From Candidatus Brocadia sp. (lineage in GTDB: Bacteria; Planctomycetota; Brocadiia; Brocadiales; Brocadiaceae), in assembly GCA_021650915.1 (NCBI GenBank), contig CP091279.1:3870001-3902000 (forward strand): a stretch of DNA of 32,000 bases, given 5' to 3'. The position numbers and the translations under genes are program-made. Under the pieces are notes generated by a model, which was not told where the DNA came from, searched no databases, and saw nothing but the letters and a program-made list of their open reading frames with translations. Each line of letters begins with the position of its first letter. The stretch's first letter is position 1. This document shows positions 27,591 through 32,000 of the stretch, in pieces.

Positions 27591-27782
27591 ATGAAAAACA
27601 AAAAGGCAAAAAAAAGCATTTGTTTTGGATGCAATTACGCAATCGTTTTGGATGGTAAAATTGTTTTTTGCAATATCCTTATGCGTGACGTGGCTTATAA
27701 GTCCTGCACTGCCTTTGAACGCAATTGGCAGATAGATGACATCGTTCCGGAAAAAACAAAAGAGAGAAAAAAGGAGCAATAA
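27591..27782 (+). CDS. Small basic Cys-containing protein (63 aa)
   Basis: AAGGAG lies 8 nt upstream. CFGC...C...C spacing. Followed by a strong intrinsic terminator. Confidence 0.55.
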   Translation: MKNKKAKKSICFGCNYAIVLDGKIVFCNILMRDVAYKSCTAFERNWQIDDIVPEKTKERKKEQ

Positions 27783-27817
27783 AAACCCTCCCTGTCAGAC
27801 ATTTTTAAAATCAATAA

Positions 27818-27860
27818 AACGGATAGCGTTCAGAACAGAATACTATCCGTTTTTTGTTTT
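27818..27860 (+). terminator. Rho-independent terminator
   Basis: Stem AACGGATAG / CTATCCGTT followed by TTTTGTTTT. Confidence 0.7.
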
Positions 27861-28017
27861 GCAGATTTTTTAGAAAGACATCCGCAACAGGAGACGGACA
27901 GAGGCCGGGAGTGTTATTGATTATTTCCCTTTTTTCATCCGATTTCGTCTCAAATTCTGTTGACTAGGTTTATTTTATATGATATTGTGTTGGTTTAAGT
28001 TTTAGTCCGCGTATTCT

Positions 28018-28055
28018 GTCACAGAAAAGGGTATAATCTTTTTGGTCACAGAAAA
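28018..28055 (+). promoter_or_regulatory. Putative promoter: TATAAT (28032-28037) bracketed by direct repeats GTCACAGAAAA
   Basis: Repeats at 28018-28028 and 28045-28055, about 95 nt upstream of the dksA-like start. No good -35. Confidence 0.3.
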
Positions 28056-28148
28056 TAAGCCTCCCAAAAGGCATTGCCTTCATACCGCGCTCGTGACGTT
28101 ATAGGATGTGGCATGTGCAATCTGATTCGTTATCTCTTTATTTAACTC

Positions 28149-28541
28149 ATGGAGAACAAGATGAAAGAAGAATTTGCCCAATTTAAAAAACTCCTCCTTT
28201 CGTTAAGGGAAAAACTTGTTGGAAAAGTAGATTCTATGCAAGATGAGGCATTAAAAAGATCCAGGCAAGACGCATCGGGAGATTTGTCCAACGTGCCCAT
28301 CCACATGGCAGATGTCGGCACGGACAATTACGAAAGGGATCTGATGATTGAGCTTATTCAAAGCGGGGAAGAAAGCCTCCGCAATATCGATACCGCCTTA
28401 GAAAAAATTGAGGAAGGTACGTTTGGCGCTTGTGAATTGTGCGGGAAAAAAATCAACAGAGAACGTCTGAAAGCGTTACCCTACGCAAAGCTTTGCATCG
28501 ATTGCCAAAGAGATGAAGAGACAGACAGCGGTTTGAAATAA
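28149..28541 (+). CDS. dksA: DksA/TraR-family C4 zinc-finger regulator
   Basis: Coiled-coil N-terminus, C-terminal CELCGKKI...CIDCQ. Confidence 0.85.
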   Translation: MENKMKEEFAQFKKLLLSLREKLVGKVDSMQDEALKRSRQDASGDLSNVPIHMADVGTDNYERDLMIELIQSGEESLRNIDTALEKIEEGTFGACELCGKKINRERLKALPYAKLCIDCQRDEETDSGLK

Positions 28542-28546
28542 CGCTT

Positions 28547-29023
28547 ATGAAAGCCATCACAACCTTTGTTGTTGCAGCTATAGGCGGCGCTATCCTCGAC
28601 ATCGTATCAAAATGGATCGTCTTCTCTCAAATAGATGAATTCGATAAAATAACATTAATTCCCGGATTGATCAATCTCTTGCACAGTAAAAACGAAGGGG
28701 TTGTTTTTGGGATGTTTCCTGGCAAGACCAATTTTTTTATCATTTTTTCCATCATAGCAATTGCGGTCATTATTTATATTTACCTGAAGTCTGACAAGAC
28801 TCCTTTTGCATCGAACCTCGCTTTAGGCCTAGTTCTGGCGGGTGCTATGGGAAACCTCTGGGACAGGATAAGATATGGTTATGTGCGGGATTTCATTGAC
28901 TTACACCTTGGGAGCAAATACCACTGGCCTACCTTTAATATCGCCGATAGCCTGATCTGTATCGGCATAGCATGTATGGTGTTTACTTCCATCTCGGTTT
29001 CAAAGACACGAACAGTGCATTAA
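28547..29023 (+). CDS. lspA: Lipoprotein signal peptidase II
   Basis: NEGVVFGM, GNLWDRIRYGYVRDFID and FNIADSLICIG motifs. 4 TM segments. Confidence 0.9.
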   Translation: MKAITTFVVAAIGGAILDIVSKWIVFSQIDEFDKITLIPGLINLLHSKNEGVVFGMFPGKTNFFIIFSIIAIAVIIYIYLKSDKTPFASNLALGLVLAGAMGNLWDRIRYGYVRDFIDLHLGSKYHWPTFNIADSLICIGIACMVFTSISVSKTRTVH

Positions 29024-29883
29024 TTACCCGTTCTTGTCAAATCGCGATACCCTTTTAATAATTCAAGAGTGACTTTTCCGGGCTTGCCGTTCCCAATGAC
29101 CCGGCCATCAATCTTCACGACGGGAATAATTTCAGCGGCCGTTCCTGTCAGGAAACATTCATCGGCAATATAGACGTCGTACCGGGTCATCAGATATTCT
29201 TTCACCTGCATTCCTAATTTCACCGCCAGGTCCATTACCACATTTCTCGTGATACCAATTAATATTCCAGCACTCGCGGGCGGGGTTAAAAGGACGTTGT
29301 CTTTGAAAATAAAAATATTATCGCCGGCGCATTCTGCAACGTACCCATCCTTATTCAACATTAAGGCTTCCCCGGCGCCTGCCTCAAGGGACTCAAGTTT
29401 TGCCAAAATGTTGTTGAGATAATTGAGGGATTTGATTTTAGGATCAAGGGCAGAAAAATGATTTCTGATGGTGGTTACCGTAACAATATCGAGCCCATTT
29501 TCATAAAGCGCTTTTGAATACAACTCAATCGTATCCGTGATAATGATAATCTGCGGCGTTACGCATTTGTTTGGGTCTAATCCGAGTTTCCCGACACCAC
29601 GGGTAACAACGAGGCGGATATAGGAATCGGTCAGATTGTTGGCAGACATGGTTTTTTTAATCGCCTCTGCCATTTCATCCTTTGTTATGGGTATCGTAAG
29701 AGCAATTGCTTTTGCAGAATCATAGAGCCTGTCCATGTGTTGCTGCAGCATAAAAATTTTCCCATTATAGGCGCGTATTCCTTCAAACACTCCGTCTCCG
29801 TAAAGCAGCCCATGGTCAAAAACTGATATTTTGGCGTCTTCCTGAGGAAGTATTTGACCGTTTAGATAAATTTTTAAACCCAT
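29020..29883 (-). CDS. ilvE: Branched-chain amino acid aminotransferase (class IV)
   Basis: DHGLLYGDGVFEGIRAYNG...RLVVTRG...GITR...TGTAAEI pattern. Confidence 0.88.
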   Translation of the reverse strand: MGLKIYLNGQILPQEDAKISVFDHGLLYGDGVFEGIRAYNGKIFMLQQHMDRLYDSAKAIALTIPITKDEMAEAIKKTMSANNLTDSYIRLVVTRGVGKLGLDPNKCVTPQIIIITDTIELYSKALYENGLDIVTVTTIRNHFSALDPKIKSLNYLNNILAKLESLEAGAGEALMLNKDGYVAECAGDNIFIFKDNVLLTPPASAGILIGITRNVVMDLAVKLGMQVKEYLMTRYDVYIADECFLTGTAAEIIPVVKIDGRVIGNGKPGKVTLELLKGYRDLTRTGN

Positions 29884-29913
29884 CTCTCTGATTTCTACTC
29901 CTTTCTCTCCTCA

Positions 29914-30642
29914 CTATTCCATAATGCTTCCGTCAACAATTCTCACCACTCGTCCGGCGTGTTTCGCCATCTCTTCGTCGTGAGTAACAATTACCACGGT
30001 TTGATTCATTTTTTTATTCACGTCCCAGATCAATTCCCGGATTTCATGACCGGTCCTGGTATCCAGGTTACCCGTAGGTTCGTCACACAACAATAATTCC
30101 GGATTATTAATCAACGCCCTTATGATGGCCACCCGCTGCCTTTCACCGCCAGAGAGTTGAGAAGGCTTGTGCGTTATCCGGTCCCCCAGACCCACTTGTT
30201 TCAGCAAAGAAATCGCCCGGTCGGTCTTCCCTTTCGCCGCCGCTCCTCCTTTTAAAAACCTGCTCCCAATAAAGCAGGGCAGCAAAACATTCTCTAAGGC
30301 AGTAAAATCAGGCAGGAGATGGTAAAATTGGAAGACAAAGCCAAAAATGCAGTTTCGCATATATGCCTGTCTCTTTGCGTTTAATTCCGTAAGATTTATC
30401 CCCTTGTATAGAACGGAACCGGACGTTGGCGTATCTAAAATCCCCAGAATATGCAATAACGTGCTTTTCCCGGCGCCAGAGGCACCCACAATTACGACAA
30501 TCTCACCTTTTTTAACGGCTAAATTAATCCCTCGCAAGACAGGCACAGCGCGTTCTCCATTCGTGTATTCCTTGACTAAATCTTTGGCCTGTAAGAGCGT
30601 CCCGTTATTTACAATATTCTCAGATACCATAATCATGTACAA
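29914..30642 (-). CDS. ABC transporter ATP-binding protein (LolD/MacB/FtsE-like)
   Basis: Walker [10 protein letters not shown], signature LSGGERQR, Walker [13 protein letters not shown]. Confidence 0.87.
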   Translation of the reverse strand: MYMIMVSENIVNNGTLLQAKDLVKEYTNGERAVPVLRGINLAVKKGEIVVIVGASGAGKSTLLHILGILDTPTSGSVLYKGINLTELNAKRQAYMRNCIFGFVFQFYHLLPDFTALENVLLPCFIGSRFLKGGAAAKGKTDRAISLLKQVGLGDRITHKPSQLSGGERQRVAIIRALINNPELLLCDEPTGNLDTRTGHEIRELIWDVNKKMNQTVVIVTHDEEMAKHAGRVVRIVDGSIME

Positions 30643-30719
30643 TGAACAGTCATTTTAAAATCGCAATGTGCGACTATATCACATCACCAGGTATTAGTCA
30701 ATTTTTTATTTATCCCGCG

Positions 30720-31322
30720 CTACCCCCGCGAGTCGATGCCCTGATTGGCCAAAGCGTCCGCAATGACATTGTCCTCTCTGCGGACGTGTTGAATCTTCCA
30801 TGCGGGTATCTTATCCAGTAATTTCACGAGTTCCTGATAGAGCGGGAGGATGTTTGCGCTTTTTACACGGTATGCACCATGAAGCTGCCTCACCAGGAGT
30901 TCGCTATCCGTTCTGAAAATTACCTCTTTGGCATGACAGGCAACGGCCTTCCGGGCTGCAAGTATCATGGCCTGATATTCGGCGACGTTATTCGTAGTCT
31001 CTCCAAGAAACCCGCACACCTCCTCGATAAGGTGATAATCCTTATCAAAAATGGCAACACCAATACCCGCCTTGCCCGGATTTCCTCTCGATGCGCCATC
31101 GGTGTGAATAATAAGTTTGCAAAAATCTTTTTGCCCCCGGCGTGGAAGTTCTTCGGGCGCCGAGCAAGAGTCATCCTGCCCTCTTTCTTCCGTCTGGCAA
31201 ATTTCACGAAAGAATGCGTTGATCATTTCTCTGGTAACCGCGGGATTTTCCCTGATCAATTTTTCGGCATCGAGGTATTTCGATATCAACATTATGAATT
31301 CCTGTGGAGACATATTCCCCAT
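30720..31322 (-). CDS. RNase HI-type ribonuclease with a ~70-aa N-terminal extension
   Basis: IIHTDGASRGNPG...NNVAEYQA...TDSELLV...REDNVIADALAN gives the DEDD RNase H fold residues. Confidence 0.8.
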   Translation of the reverse strand: MGNMSPQEFIMLISKYLDAEKLIRENPAVTREMINAFFREICQTEERGQDDSCSAPEELPRRGQKDFCKLIIHTDGASRGNPGKAGIGVAIFDKDYHLIEEVCGFLGETTNNVAEYQAMILAARKAVACHAKEVIFRTDSELLVRQLHGAYRVKSANILPLYQELVKLLDKIPAWKIQHVRREDNVIADALANQGIDSRG

Positions 31323-31387
31323 GGTATAACAACCCTCCTTGTAAAATTTATGTTAAGGAATTTCAATCTTGTATCATAGCATACCAG

Positions 31388-31489
31388 ACAACCCCCTGAA
31401 TCCCCTTTTGGTAGGGGAGACTTCCCTGTCCCCCGCTGGTGGGGGTAGGGGGTGGATATCCCCCTTAATAAAGGGGGCGAGGGGGTTGT
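31388..31489. repeat. G/C-tract palindromic element
   Basis: Outer arms ACAACCCCCT / AGGGGGTTGT. Inner hairpin CCCCCTT-AATA-AAGGGGG (31460-31477). Confidence 0.5.
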
Positions 31490-31595
31490 TTATCATGGCA
31501 TTTGCTAGTATCGAAAAGTCGTTGGGTTTTTGTCTTTTAAAACCCAACCTAATTTAATTGTATAGGAATTTTCATTTTATTTAAGCTGGTTTGCG

Positions 31596-31685
31596 GTAGG
31601 GTGGATTAAGCGAGAGCGAATCCACCTTTCCAGGAAATAGTTGTGGTGGATTCGGTGTAAAAACCAACGCCTTAATCCACCCTAC
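31596..31685. repeat. Nested 90-nt hairpin element
   Basis: GTAGGGTGGATTAAG (31596-31610) pairs with CTTAATCCACCCTAC (31671-31685). Inner CGAATCCACC / GGTGGATTCG. A third CGAATCCACC occurs at 31757-31766. Confidence 0.55.
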
Positions 31686-31782
31686 TCATAATTTGTCATT
31701 CATCATAAAAATCAATTCTAAAAAATCTTTTTCCATAGGGTGAATTGAACGTCAGCGAATCCACCAGAATGCCCTCATCGGC

Positions 31783-32000
31783 TTACAATACTATCCTCAC
31801 GTCACCCGTCCTTTTGGTAAAATGGATGGCATCGAGATACTCGAGCAACGGGACGGCATATTTACGGGTAGTCCTGATCAGATCTCTGAATTGCGCCACA
31901 CTCATAGGGCCGTTTTTGGCGACATGATCCCGAACCAGTTCCTTTATTTTGTTCAGTATCGTTGCGTGAAAATAGAGACCATTCTCAATCATAATGAGCT
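31783..32000 (-). CDS. selB: Selenocysteine-specific elongation factor, C-terminal winged-helix end (5' part outside the window)
   Basis: ...MSVAQFRDLIRTTRKYAVPLLEYLDAIHFTKRTGDVRIVL resembles the SelB WH4 domain. The frame is open to the window end. Confidence 0.75.
   Translation of the reverse strand, partial: LIMIENGLYFHATILNKIKELVRDHVAKNGPMSVAQFRDLIRTTRKYAVPLLEYLDAIHFTKRTGDVRIVL

Noticed and set aside
31596-31766. CGAATCCACC motifs examined as tRNA T-arm-like sequence
   Set aside because: No cloverleaf, acceptor stem or anticodon arm can be built. They are arms of a nested palindrome.

Overview
Bacterial chromosomal window of moderate GC. It resembles IS-rich planctomycete or anammox-type genomes, but I cannot verify the organism. 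About 45% of the window is mobile DNA. Two mobile-element graveyards (about 3956-12323 and 20462-26419) flank an intact housekeeping block at 12528-20219: EF-G2-type GTPase, hisA, hisH, OmpA-like lipoprotein, prepilin peptidase, cysH-like and an aldo/keto reductase. Outside the graveyards are hppA (5' partial), a zinc-ribbon ORF, rsfS, rpsU and trpD on the left. On the right are a TPR protein, a small Cys-rich ORF, dksA-like, lspA, ilvE, an ABC ATPase, RNase H and the selB 3' end. Mobile content I can support: (1) two about 2.0 kb, about 99% identical group II introns in inverted orientation; (2) a 5'-truncated intron of a second type with a textbook domain V; (3) an IS110-family element; (4) two truncated copies of a single-ORF IS66-family element plus a 150-bp MITE carrying its terminal repeats and an 8-bp TSD; (5) two different IS630-family elements, one internal IS630-like fragment and two 103-bp TA-flanked MITEs; (6) a 1.86 kb IS4/IS5-superfamily IS; (7) a roughly 1.06 kb IS with a Mutator/IS256-like transposase. 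The best candidate for something beyond routine annotation is the IS110-family element. It has a 143-nt left arm and a 654-nt coding-free right arm with strand-specific long stems. Its proposed ends would form a sigma70-like promoter when joined. This fits an element-encoded guide (bridge/seek-type) RNA, but I could not fold or model it by hand. No CRISPR array, tRNA or rRNA was seen.
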